This document shows positions 1 through 12,758 of a stretch of 64,000 nucleotides of DNA, in pieces (the first letter of the stretch is position 1; each line of letters opens with the position of its first letter). The notes below the pieces were generated by a model, which worked only from the letters and a program-made list of their open reading frames with translations, was not told the DNA's origin and searched no databases. A program made the position numbers and the translations under genes. Source of the stretch: Tubulanus polymorphus. Taxonomy: Eukaryota; Animalia; Nemertea. The DNA lies in the NCBI RefSeq assembly GCF_964204645.1, contig NC_134029.1, positions 24,298,950-24,362,949 of the forward strand, written 5' to 3'.

Positions 1-247
1 GAATTAAAAGTTCATTTCCTTTTATATCTGAACAGTTGGACTGCAATTATTATCCGGATTAGTGGGTTATCATATAATCATATTGTGTTACAGCGTAACG
101 GTCCCAGTAATCGTTCTATCAGGTTCGAATCCCCTATAGAAGAAAAGTAAAACGTTTCATCTGATTCAATCGAAAATTCCTGTGAGAGCTATCGAGTTCA
201 CTAGATTGTCGCTAGTTAATTAATTCAATATTTTCTCGTCATTTCAG

Positions 248-431
248 AGTTAATGTGCATCAGTCTAGTGCTGGGTCTAACGTTAAAGACAGTGTCTTAC
301 TTAGAAGTGTTGGTCGGGATGATCGGAAAGTCGTCGATATTTCGAGGTGTTGACTATCGGATTATCACGTTACAGTCGTATTATTTGAATTACAATATTG
401 CGATACACGGTTTCGTCATAGGAGTTGACAG
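248..431 (+). CDS. Divergent rhodopsin-like (class A) GPCR, internal exon (TM2-TM3); earlier exons lie upstream of the window
   Basis: Acceptor tttcAG at 246-247, donor AG|GTAACT after 431. Encodes hydrophobic segments ending ...GFVIGVDR, which continues into the next exon as a DRC (DRY-like) motif. Confidence 0.75.
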
Positions 432-780
432 GTAACTAGTGATGAAACTCACTCCGGGTCCGCGTTGTAAAGATTATTAAATCCCTGCACACTAACAATG
501 AAACAGGAGTCTGAAATAAGACTGATTACGTAATGAGAAGTGATGCAAAAATATGTGATGACATATATAGCATCGAAATAACAAACTAAACAAACTTGAA
601 GTAGGGAAAACTGGGAGGGGGAAGCTAGAATTGAGACCAGTGGACTGGCATACGTATCAAATCATTCCATTTTCAGAGCAAGAATCATAGAAATTATAAG
701 TAAACGTGGAATCTGATTATACTGTAGAATCTATGAAACAAAATGTAATGATTTTAAATGAATCATCTGTTTTATTTTAG

Positions 781-881
781 ATGTTTTTGTTTAAAGTTCA
801 TTAAAAGATACGCAGTTTTTGTGAAGGAATCACCGCTTGTATTGCGGGTATCAGTGGCGTTTGTGCCTTGGCTGATGGCAG
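781..881 (+). CDS. Divergent class A GPCR, internal exon (ICL2-TM4); not in the ORF track
   Basis: Acceptor ttttAG at 779-780, donor G|GTAAGA after 881. Phases match both neighbouring exons (phase 2 in, phase 1 out). Translation R-CFCLKFIKRYAVFVKESPLVLRVSVAFVPWLMAG includes a TM4 Trp. Confidence 0.75.
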
Positions 882-1168
882 GTAAGAACCATTTCTTAAT
901 CCTGTAAGCTTTGCTTTCATTGCCTTCGTTATAGATTAAGAATGAAAATCCTGGTTCACAATCCAAAATAGACAAGAGACAAGAGTAGAAGAAGTAGAGA
1001 TTTTCGATGTTTTAAAGAAACGCAATAATGTCACTTAATAATATGTTTTAGTCCAATAAGTTAGGTTTTTGATGAATCTTTCAATGTTATAAATATCGCT
1101 CGGTTATTTCAAGTGGTTTTGACACTTCGACGTTTTGTCTTTAACAAAATATATAATACATTTTACAG

Positions 1169-2448
1169 GAATTTTAACGTTAATCAACGCGACGGTGCAG
1201 AATGGTACAGTTTACAACCCGTGGGAATTCCAATGTGATTTTGACCCGATGGAACTCTCAGGCGTCAGACTATCAGTTATTAGTATCTGCAGTATAACAC
1301 CACTACTGACAACATCAGTCCTCAACGTGTTTATATTCAGAGCTAAGTTACTCGGTTATAAAGTCGTTACAAGTCCTTTAAGGAAGCATCTATTCAGTGA
1401 GTACTATTCCGATTTCGATGCTGTAGGTGAGGTAGTATACACCAGGATGGCAGTGGCTCTCACGACGGCTTTGACATATTCGTATTTTCCGGCTGAAGTA
1501 TTTCGTATTCTAGGTCTTGCATTCTATGAAACTACGCCCTACCTCGGAACGGTCTGCGTGTTGTTAGAGATTACGTTGACAGCCACAGTACCGGTCGTTT
1601 TATTCATATCCAGGCGGGATATTCTCGGCAAGTTGAAGATATGGTTCAAAACAAAACGGGACAAGTTTCTAAGACGTGATGCTGACGTAAGTCCCCTGTC
1701 ATTTCACGTGTCTCTACCGACGCCCAAACCGAGGGATAACGTGAGGTTTATCTTCGTGATTCCGCAGCAAGAGGGCGGTAATCCGGGTAGTCAGGAGGTT
1801 TATAGAGGCGGCAATGGAACCGTTGAAGACGAACTCGGTTCACCTGAAGTGAGAATTGTTGCCGATTTTCCGAGATCGGAAATCCAATCTACGCCGGTCA
1901 ATCCAAGAATTTCTCAATCTGATTTTCCAAAACGACACAGTAGTCTCGAGATGCGCTGTTCATTCAGGAATGACAAACTCAGTATAACATCATGTTTATC
2001 ACCCGAATCGTTAATCACTATCGGTTATTCTAGTCCTTTAAAGTTCGCCCCAGACGGCAACCGTTCTCCGAACATATTCAAGTTTAATTTTGACGTTTCT
2101 GCTAAAACAGATGACGTCACCGAAAGTAATATAAATGAACTACCCGATTTTATCGTGTTAAATCCATGGTGCAGTCCCGGGGAGCAAGGTCTCCCGAGTA
2201 AGGAGTTTAAATCGCGGTCTAATGTCAGGCCGTACGGGGATAGCATCAGCAAGACGAATAGCGACAGAAAGACTCGATTCTCGATGTCAACTCAAAATAT
2301 GTTCACCATAAACGATCAGTCGGCGAATGTGCTGTCTCTGTCTGATTCATCACTTCACAATAAACGCCTTCAAGAGAAGTCGATCTTGGAAACTTCTGAT
2401 CTTCCACAGGCTGAGATTAAAGATATAACACGTTCCCAAATGTTTTGA
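1169..2448 (+). CDS. Divergent class A GPCR, last exon (ECL2, TM5-TM7, long Ser/Pro-rich C-tail)
   Basis: Acceptor ttttacAG at 1167-1168, long ORF to TGA at 2448. Contains an ECL2 Cys (EFQCDFDP), a TM5 Pro (SITPLL), TM6 YSYFP (CWxP-like), TM7 TVPVVLF (NPxxY-like), then a ~275-aa low-complexity tail. Confidence 0.8.
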
Positions 2449-2910
2449 TACTTTCTCAGTTTGTATCAAAAATATTGCCAATTTCTGGTCATTGAGTCCT
2501 GAAAAATGATAAATTTACAGCGCAAAATCGTACAAACGTGTCAATTATACTTCTAAACACTTTATTTGCGGACCAGTTTATGAATTGAGCGTGGGCCATA
2601 GAGCGCTATATCCGCCTGTGATCTCGACTTTCAATTTATTACGTAAGCTATTCGTGAACAAAATGCGGCCGGCGCACAATAGAAACTTCGCTCTATGTAT
2701 TCTTTCATTACCGCCGACAAAGAGGACCGATATTTCGCAAATTGGATTCGGGAGGTTTAAACCTCCCAAGGTCAAATCACTAAAATTGTGACCTTCGTGG
2801 AGATTATCTAAATAGCCGATGGTAATCAAATTTAGCAGAACTTTTTACCCAAACGTTTAATGGTTGAAAATCTTTCAATGGCATTCCTAAGTATTTGATG
2901 AAAGTTGAGA
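2423..2910 (+). repeat. Left copy of a ~480-bp inverted repeat pair, overlapping the GPCR stop codon
   Basis: Aligns by eye to the reverse complement of 8320-8806 (strong over 2423-2810, weaker beyond). Contains the perfect palindrome GGGAGGTTTAAACCTCCC and other hairpins. Confidence 0.8.
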
Positions 2911-5760
2911 AATCATAAGATATTCATATAACCATGGACTCTAAAACCTAAATCGTTTAAGAGTCCCTGGTATAAAAAAAAAACTTTGCATAACGAAGAA
3001 GCAAAAATTCGAATCTGATTCATCTGTTTGGAATTGATTCTTATGAAATGGAAACAAATGCGTGAGCACTACTCATTGATTCGTTCATTATTGTACTATA
3101 TGTTTCATTTGTTGACCGTAAGACGTTGACATTATGTCAATTTCATTCAATTTACTTTGCGGCTTTACAACGGCTATTTCACTGGTTCTGCGTGATGAGA
3201 TAATTCTGATTAAAGTTATTGTATTAATTTCTATATGTATATACGTAATGATACTCTTTCTGAATAAAGGATGCACGTTATTCGAATCCCCACCATTGTT
3301 CTCTACAATGTACGTTAATCAAACTCACGATAAAACCAGAGCCAAAACCATGGACTCAATAAAGAAGAATCCGTGGTCAAACATACAATTCTAATTTCCC
3401 CGTTAGTTCACTGATGCCGGCAGTTTCTATCGAATGCAAGGATTCTAGCCAATCAGAGAGGCGCATGCAAACATCCATTGGCATGTAAGTTATAGTACAA
3501 CTTAGACAATAATCAAGGTGCGAGCCAATGTCAGTAACTAGAATATGTTCTTTCATCAAATATATATAACTCAGCAGTAGTCAGTTAGTTGAGTTTGTTT
3601 GACTTGTTTTGTATTTCATCAATAAATCTATTTCATTCTATTTTAAAGTACAAACTAAACGCTTGAATTGCTTATAACACGACCAGGTATGAATTAGAAT
3701 AGATTGGCTTAATATTTCGAATGCAAATTTGGCGATTAAGCAATCGGAAATTCGAAGTGCTTGAGAAATTTTTCAATACGCCCATTACTTCGAATAGCGA
3801 TAAGTTCATTGACACATGTGACCATTGTTTTGTTACTTTCGATAGCGATTCGAATAAGCTATGCGACAGCTAACGACAGCACAATCGCAATATCAACAGA
3901 AGTTCATTTTATCCTACATGATGAGGCTAAATTCAGTGAAATCGATCGTGTTCTGAAATATATATTTTCCTGGATACATTTTGTTTATTGTAGCTATTCT
4001 ATGCGGTTTATACATTAACCTGCTATAACATATTGACCGTTTTCAAGAACCCAAAAATTACAATTTTCTGGGAATCTGTTTTTTCCAAAAACAACCCAAA
4101 CCCGAAATTGTGTACAGTTAGTACGCAGCGTATATAATGTCGGATTAGAGAATATTGAAAAAACTTAGAAAAAGTTCAGTGAAGGAAAATAAGCTCAGCA
4201 GTGACAAATTGTCATTTCATCTCCTTCACGTGATTAATTGATGTCCAAATATGTTCTACCGTGAAAACTCTGCATTTAGCGTCAAACGAATTTTTGTATA
4301 CGTATCTCAGGATGCATGCTCTTCAAAAAGGTAGCCTATTAGGAAAAAACTTATCCGGTAAAATCCTAATTTGTCCTAAACGATATTCCAACTATTATTT
4401 TGTTAATTATTCAACTATCATCACTAACTGGGTAAGTTAGTTGAACTTACATAAAGATATATCATTAGGGACACTTCAATTTCACACCATTCAATATCAT
4501 AAGGGAACAAAATTCTTTGAAACTTGGTTAATGGTAGTTCTTAAGACTAGGTTTTGTTTCCGGAATTTACTAAATGTACCAATTCTAATAATTCACTCAT
4601 TGAAGCTTCTATACATCAGAAGCGAAAGCTCGTGCGTCGAAATAAATAGTTAACCTTTAAAGTACTACTCGTCTCTTCATTTAAATTCAAGTAATATAAG
4701 TCTTTATTGATTCTTTTTTTGTTGGAATATGCATAACTTTTTCTGGGCAAATTTCTATATTCTGTCAAGTCATGGACGTTTTAGAGTCCATGGTCAAGGT
4801 ATTTTGGCTATAACGAATATAACTAACTCCCTGGGGCAACGATGTGGCTGATGAAATGATCTCTCCCATTGTAGTCCCACCATTTAATTACTCATTGTAT
4901 AACAACTCTCACAATTAAGCCTCGGACTCTTCAACGAATTATGAGTGCATGCTTTAGTATAGGCTCTGATATAGAGCATATTGTCTTGATTTAGAACATG
5001 TATGCATAAACTCTAGGCTGCAAAGAAATACGTATTCAGCGGCTCTAATCGAGTTAAATCTTTCGTGATAGATTAACACAGAAAGGCGGCACCCAATCGC
5101 TGCTTATTGACATTAGGCACAAGTCACTGTTATGTTCATTAGTAAAACTAATATATAATTACAAGTGAGGAGGGAAAATGTATAAATTGAATTTATAAAT
5201 GAATTTATAAGAATTTAGCATGCATCGGAGTGCACTTAAATTGGATTATTACAAAATAACTCACTTCAAAATTTATGATATTGTTTCATTGATATTTATT
5301 ACTTTAAAGCGATTCACTTTAAGAACTTTGGTCAACAATAAGTCTGACCTGCAAATCAAATCATCGGGAGACAAAATACTGTTTCAAAAAATCATATTGC
5401 TAATACATTCCTAATCTTAACCTTTCGCCATAAACCTACTGGATTTAGGGCCTGGGGTAAAATCTAGGTAAAATCCTCACTTGGCGATTTTTCAAGAACA
5501 TTTGAAAGCACGATATTTATTCAAACATATTCATCCACAATACAACTGCAATATATTTAACTGTGCATTGATCTCTTTTGATGAAATAAATCTTTAAATA
5601 AATTCATAGAATAAATGAAATTAATGAACTTTTTATTCATACTATCTTTTCATATTCTTATTCATACTATATTTTAATTCGAACTAAATAACTCTTTTTA
5701 ACTTGTGGTATAGTATGCTTATGATATGGATTCGATTTACGTATCAATATTTTCATGTTG

Positions 5761-5888
5761 ACGGGGGCCTGATGATGGCTAATAGCATTAGCCGAAACAT
5801 TGCTCGTAGAACATTTGATTTTTAGCTGAATTCATTGTGGGATTTGTCTCGTTATTCACCATACACGGATATTGTGTATTTTCTTCTC
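5761..5888 (+). mobile_element. Hammerhead-ribozyme-bearing short retroelement (Penelope-like pLTR or retrozyme type), copy 1
   Basis: CTGATGA at 5769-5775, stem II GGCTAAT/ATTAGCC, GAAAC from 5794, 3' tail ATACACGGATATTGTGTAT. Flanked by a perfect 12-bp direct repeat ATTTTCATGTTG (5749-5760, 5889-5900). Confidence 0.75.
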
Positions 5889-8319
5889 ATTTTCATGTTG
5901 GTTTTGAACAACTTAAATTTTGCGATTCTAATCCCTTATTAACTTTAGATGACAGTAATACCTTCAATTTACATGTAAAATATGATCACTGCTGAAAGTG
6001 TAATAAGGAATATATATTTACTCCAGTGACAATATTTTGATTCAAAGATTTAACTCAATCATCTAGTCCGAGTCTGTATGGTAAAACCTCTGGCTAACCA
6101 AGAGCTAACCGAATACCGACAATAGAAGGTGGTCGCTTAAAAATTAGTTAATTTACGCAACAGGAATCTATCTTGATTTCAAGGGCACTTCAATTAATCG
6201 TTTCAATAGTGACCACTGTAAATTAGCCAGTAGTTTCAACGACCGAATTCAATCAACCGATTCGTATCCTAAGAATGAGAATTGTATCTAACCACAGTAG
6301 TTATTCCTCATCAAACGTTCGTTCATCATATTATACATCTATACATCATTACTATCATCTTCAGTTAAAAGAAGTGCAATAAAATCTTGAATCTATGAGT
6401 TGAGTTTTTTTGAACATAATAAATTGTGTTGATTTTATGTTAGTTAAATCAAATATTGGGAATATTTTACCGGGGGATTTTTACTTTGGGGATAATAAGC
6501 TAAATTATTTTATATCATCGGTTTTCATTAAGAAAAAAAAACAACTATTAATCTTAACTACACTTATATTCCTTTTGGAACATTAAGATTCTTTCATTGA
6601 ATTTAATATGTTATTTCGTACATAGTTCATCACAGTGCGTCATTCACGCTTAAATGTACAAAAATTCTTTACAGAGTTCAAAATATAAACCAACAATCTC
6701 ATCTCAAGCATGTACTAGCGCTGACGCTATGGGATAAAACCAAGTCTCGATTCATTGCCTTAAATGTGGGTACATTCATTCAAATCAGGACTAAAATACG
6801 CTTATATGAATATCTTGCATGATATCATTTTACATTACGGGTGTCTCATAGGCCTAGTTTTACTTGTACATTGTCATCAATTGATTAAACATCCCAAGTA
6901 ACTTCTTTATTTACTTATGGCTTAATCACTGGTATTCAATAGCTAGTCGGCTATAGAAAGACTAACCCGATAAAATTCTATTAACCGTTCGTCCAGAGTC
7001 GAACACTCGCGCGTTAATTCGCAACGATTTTAAAGAAAGAAAATGATTGCATGAAATCTACTTTTCGTATCAATCGGCGTCCAATCTCTTAAACCATCCT
7101 AAACACAGTAGTGTAGTAGTTTGTGTCTATTTGCTTTTGCTGATGTCATTTAACATAACAATGGAAATGTATTCGTTTATTTGGAAATTATATGAAGATA
7201 TGGAGTAATCATGTGACAAATCAAATTATTACTGCAAGGCAAAACATAGCGCACTTCAGATATATGATATGGCCTTAAAGACTTTTCATATATTAACAGT
7301 CCAGTTTAACGTCTATTGATATGAATGGTCCAGTTTTGATATGACTGTCGCAACAGTTGGAATAAAACCTATGAAATCTAGGGGCATTTATCTCATGAAA
7401 TTTAGATTTGAGATAATTGTATTGTATTGTATGAGGATTAAACATTTCAATGGCTGGTGATTATTTGTGATGAAGTAATCAGTGAGATGGACTGTGATTG
7501 AGGCACTCGGGTCAGATAATATTTTTAGATAAAACAGTGCATTTGTTAAAGCAGAACACATGATTTTAAACTATATATAAGTAGCTAAACCGTTAATTTT
7601 CATTCCTAACTTTTCATCACTCCCGATTATCAAAAATAATTCAACAGTTTGATTAACGGATAGTTGCAGTTAACAACATTTCTATCTGATAGAGAAGGTA
7701 TACAGGTATACAGAGGAACAAGAAAAGAACATCCAACTAGACACTGAAAAATCTTTATTCGGGTTTTTTACCTGGGGCCTTTACCTTGGGGTATATTTAA
7801 CAAGGGGATTTTTACTGAAAGGGACCTTTACGGGGCGAGTTTTTACCCGATCACATCGATTATTGAATGACATGTTCGATAAAATCATGACAAAAACTGG
7901 TATCACTGGTACAATTTGCTAATTTTCGCTGTTCGGGTGGTTCTGTAGACTATTGGCTATACCGTTGGTAACTGACTAGCTATTTGTATCACTGATCGGA
8001 CTGTGAAAATATAGCTTTGACAAAACCACAACGAGAAATGAATCAAATGCAATATTTTACTCGAAAACGAGCTTAACCACGGAATCAGTAACGTTTTTTT
8101 ACAGTCCATGGCTGAAATGACGCTATTGAAAAAATCAATGAGAAATACTGCCTCCGATTTTTATGACGAAAATATAGGAATGAATTCTGAACAGAATCAA
8201 ATCAGGTTGTTCTTATTGGTATTGTGTATACATTTATTTCATTTATTAGATATTTCACGTAATTCGTGTAATTAGGAAAAACTCGATCCAATAATTGGTT
8301 TTTCTTTCGGTTTTACGTA

Positions 8320-8806
8320 ATTTACAACTTACCAAATATGGACTACATGGTTTGACATTAAAACCAGCGAGCATTATGGTATCAAGTTCAACCAAAATTG
8401 ATAACGATCGGCCTTTCGTAGAATCTCCCTGAAGGTCACAATTTTAGTAAATTGACCTTGGGAGGTTTAAACCTCCCGAATCCAATTAGCAAAATATCGG
8501 TCCTCTATGTCGGCGACAATAAAAGTACCCTGCGCGTAACTTTCTATTGTGCGCCTGCCGCGTTTTGGGCACGAGTAGCTTACGTAATCTTAATTGAAAG
8601 TTGAGATCACAGGCAGATATTGAGGTCTATGGCCCACACATAACATCATAAATTGGTCAGGAAATGAAGTGTTTTGAGGTATAGATGACACGTTTGTACG
8701 ATTTTACACTGTAAATTTATCATTTTTCAGGACTTAAGGACCAAAAATCGGCAATATTTTTGATACAAACTGAGAAAGTATCAAAACATTTGAGAACGCG
8801 TTATAT
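8320..8806 (-). repeat. Right (inverted) copy of the ~480-bp repeat
   Basis: Reverse complement reads ATATAACGCGTTCTCAAATGTTTTGATACTTTCTCAGTTTGTATCAAAAA..., colinear with 2423 onward. Confidence 0.8.
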
Positions 8807-9993
8807 ATGTTTTGAAATAGTAGAGATTTAGGCTTGGATTGATTTATAATGGAAGTCCCGAAATACGGTCGTTCTGTCGTTAACTAATGTCAGTCATCAG
8901 CATGACTAAATCCCACTTACATCGTATTGACGGTTACAAGGAAATGTTTGTCACGTCTCTCCTCTTACTCGTTTAAGGGGGGAGGGTAGGGTCAAGTCTT
9001 TTTATTTATTCAATACTTTATATTTTGGCATTCACTCCGGGTTTTAATGGATTTTAATATTCTAAGGTGTTATTTCGACTTCTATTTTCTAGTTATTCTT
9101 TGGTGTAGGTCTCACAATGTTTGTGTGTGAGTTCATGTACAGATTGTCTGAAGGAAGGTTTCATAACGAACGGTTGCGTAATTGTGCCGAGTTTTGGCAA
9201 TTTTTATTTTGGATACAATTTCGTGTATGTAGTTATCTCACACGAATGGCTATCGTTACTATGTGTACGAGAAAACTGTAACAACTGTAACAGTTGTGCC
9301 GCCAGTTGCGGGATGTCAGACTAACGCGTCTACGTCCCGAGGTCGCTGTCCGATTGAATCGGAATTTAGAAAAAAAAATTCATATATTTTATTATGTTCC
9401 TTTTGTAGTAAGTCAGTTAGAATTAGATCTTTTAAACGTAAAAAATGCACATAAATACATCAATAAATCAGTGCTGAATTGTTACTGATTGCTAACATTA
9501 TTTCATGTTTTTGTCACTTCTTCGTCGTTGTCCATTCGTCGATCATTTTAAACCCGTTTTGCTAATATTTTCATAATTCATAATATTTCATAATAAAAAA
9601 TAATAATACATTTTCATAATATTTTCCATTCACTTTTCGTTAAATCGCCCCGGTAATAACGAGGCTGTGGATCCCAGCTGTTTGGTCAGTTATTGACGAA
9701 TACACAATCGCGAATAAACTTATTTTCAGTCAAATATCGTAGAGATATAATTACTGATGTAAAGCATCAGACAAATCTTTCTCTAAATGTAATTATTTCC
9801 ATAATTTCTCGATCTTTTTATTTTTGATGTTATTATGTTTTATGATGTTTCAATAACTAATCAGTCTGTACCGATGGTGGCGCATATGTAATTAATCATC
9901 TAATACAATAAATGAATGTAGTTATTCAAAATACTTGCATGATTTTACTATTATCTAAGACTTTGAATTAATTCAATATCTATATGCCATATC

Positions 9994-10246
9994 GAGAAAA
10001 AATCCTACAAAAATGAAAAATTCTTGAACAGTTTATATGAATATATTCGAGCAACGTTTCGGTTAAATACTATAAGCCGAGTATACGCCTGATGATGGCT
10101 TACAGTATTTAGTCGAAACGTCGCTCGAAATATATCCATATACACTATTTAAGAATTTTTCATCATTTTTGGCGGGAATTGATTGTGGGATTTTTTCTAT
10201 GATTTTCATCTTACAACACGGATTTTGTGTATCTTCTCGTCTCGAG
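9994..10246 (+). mobile_element. Hammerhead-bearing element copy 2, preceded by an inverted partial copy (fold-back)
   Basis: CTGATGA at 10089-10095 ... GAAACGTC at 10115-10122, same 3' tail ACACGGATTTTGTGTATCTTCTCGTCTC. Inverted arm at 9994-10078. Near-direct flanks CTATATGCCA/CTATATGTCA. Confidence 0.7.
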
Positions 10247-10749
10247 TATGCTATATGTCAAAACGGAAGAAGCTATATTAACGGCGATGTTACCACGAAT
10301 TATGGTGTTAATTATCAGCGGTTACAACAGCACGATAACGGCTTCAAGGCTGATATTTACTTCTGGTTTCTTTTATCTTGAAATAGGAATTGGTCCCTTT
10401 ATTTATTCAATTGGTAAATTTTGATTACAGCAAGGTTTAAAGCAAAAACGTGCTTGTGACGTTCATGCTAGAACCCAGAATCAGACTCCATGGTGACAAT
10501 TAGTAAAGTATGAACCGCAGATTCTGGATACGATTGCAATCAGGTCACCGAACACTCTTTAACACTAAAACCGTTTTAACTGAGTTCTTGGAGACATTCA
10601 AATGAATAAAACATCCCAGCGGTCGTTACTGCGTAAAGTTGCCGTGACGAGTCCGTTACCGTGTCCGATATCGTTACCGTGACGTAACTATATCGGCACG
10701 GTCCGGATATTGCAAAACAGCGGTCGTTTTGTTGCTTGAAAAACGTATT

Positions 10750-10755
10750 TTTATT
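10750..10755 (-). promoter_or_regulatory. Candidate polyadenylation signal of the first nAChR gene
   Basis: AATAAA on the minus strand ~1.3 kb past the stop codon; position only, no transcript evidence. Confidence 0.3.
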
Positions 10756-12078
10756 TACAATCAATTCTTAACAAACGAAACTCCTGTACAATTCAACAAC
10801 ACAAAGATCAAATAGTATATAACATACAAAATATTGTGAACATGATAAATGATGGTTTTGTTTATGTGAGAATTACAATTCTGAAAACTACGTCCCCAAC
10901 ATGTATCGGTTACTGGTCTGGTTAATATACTCTTAAAACTGCAACTTGTCGTTCATTATTAGTTAACAGATTAGTTGCTTAACTTGGATAAGTACCGAAT
11001 GTTGAAATTCCCGTTTTATATCCAAATACGTTTAGTTAATTATCAACGCTGCATTCCAAAACCAATTTTAAAGCGACAATATTTCCTGGTACCAGACCTG
11101 GAGGGGGGGGGTATATTTCTCAGAAAGACTTCACAAACCTGAAGTGATAATCACTATAACGTCAGATTTAGTTGTGTTGGTGCGGTAAACTCTACGCCGT
11201 TCTTTAAACCCTTTCCTCGATGATACGATCTTGGTAATATATTCACCCCGAACAGTGAGTTCATATTGATAACCTTGTACACCTTCACAATTGTTGTCAC
11301 GATGTCGGACCTCAATAATGTCCGGTACACACTGAAACAACTAAAACGCGACACTAGACGCTTTTGATGCTTCTATTTCGAAGCAAGCAAGGAAAGAGAT
11401 TGTTCTAATTCATTTTTGCATCAGCGTTTTTGTTTAAACACACAATATGTATGTATATCTCGTCCACAAAGAATGCACATCTTTTCTTTCACAGATCCCC
11501 TATTGGAAAAGTATACGTACATATATCTCAACCCCTCGCGCTAAAGTCGGTGAATTCTACGAGGTTTATTCTAAAAAGAGAATAATATGCATATTTCCCA
11601 AATTTTCAACTCCTCGGTGAAATATTTCTAGCAAATCCTTTGATGTTAAATAGTGTTCGTATTCAATAGATGTACGATATAGAGTTAGGCGTAGAACAGA
11701 AACAAAACGGAATGTACGTAATACACGTTTCCCTTATTCAAATATCGTCGATTCGTATTTTATACAGAGACACGAACAATTCGAAAAACCATTGAGATTA
11801 TTGAAAACTATACAAACAGTACAGAACCTCGCGTGCTTACTCGATAGAAATATGAAATTCAAACTAGCCATTTGATGAAATCTATAATATATTATACCGG
11901 ATTATCATTAGAACTTTTATAGGTTCTTAAATTTTTTTCAATTTCATATATACGAATATATACGAATTTCGTATACCGGATGATAAGAAGGAAACAATAG
12001 ACTAGTTAAAGGGTTCATAGATTAGATTTAACTCGAGAAATTCAGAAGTTATTATTTTTCAATATGCTGCAGATGGTT

Positions 12079-12689
12079 TTATAATAATTTACCCATTGGT
12101 GCAATAACCAATATAAACAATGACGAACAGAAAGTAGCGCTGAGGAATATCCAAAATAATACGCGGTCGACTCGCTGAGCCACTTCACGCCATTCCTGTA
12201 TAACTTCGTCCTCTTGTTCTTCTCTATCGTGTTTTTCGATGATTTTCTTCAAAGCGATGAGAATTTCTTGATTCGTACGCGGATAGTTATTGCCGGCTGC
12301 GGCACGCGAGGATGTGTGATGATTGCTGCGCGGACTGTGGTATGTACAGCTGTCCGCTCGTTCACCGGCCGCTGAACTGATCGAATCGGCGGTCGCGTCG
12401 CTCGACGTGTTCTCCAATTCTTCGCGAATTTCTTGAGCAATATTCTCAATTGTCAGTTTCAGAGACATGTTTCTAATGTAGGTGGCTGGTTCTCCGGATG
12501 AGTAATACTCGCCGATCGACGGTTTTCGTTCCCAGCAACAGTTTTTGGGAATCCGTTTCATGAGTAAACATTTGCGAAGCCATTGAGGCACGGTCGTCTT
12601 GTTCGGACCTCTGTGATGTAGGTTCAATACGAACACAGTCATTATTACCGATACTGACGTCATCGACATTACTATCGTTAAATATATAC
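12079..12689 (-). CDS. CHRNA10-like: nAChR alpha9/10-like exon 6 (M3, intracellular loop, MA helix, M4, stop)
   Basis: Acceptor tttAG at 12691-12690. Encodes IYLTIVMSMTSVSVIMTVFVLNLHHRGP...EWREVAQRVDRVLFWIF, ending in TAA at 12079. Confidence 0.95.
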
Positions 12690-12758
12690 CTAAATAAAGA
12701 GAAAAAAAAGATGGAAATAAAATGGTTTAATTATTGAAACTGAAAAAACTGAGAAGTG

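Noticed and set aside
1169-1620. GPCR as an opsin (ECL2 CDFD resembles the opsin CxFD motif)
   Set aside because: No retinal-binding Lys at the expected TM7 position.
10576-10764. Minus-strand ORF containing DRCFAISGPCRY, resembling a GPCR DRY region (possible inverted GPCR pseudogene)
   Set aside because: No hydrophobic TM3 precedes it, it lies within a hairpin/direct-repeat element, and downstream frames are closed. Likely coincidental unless TBLASTN shows otherwise.
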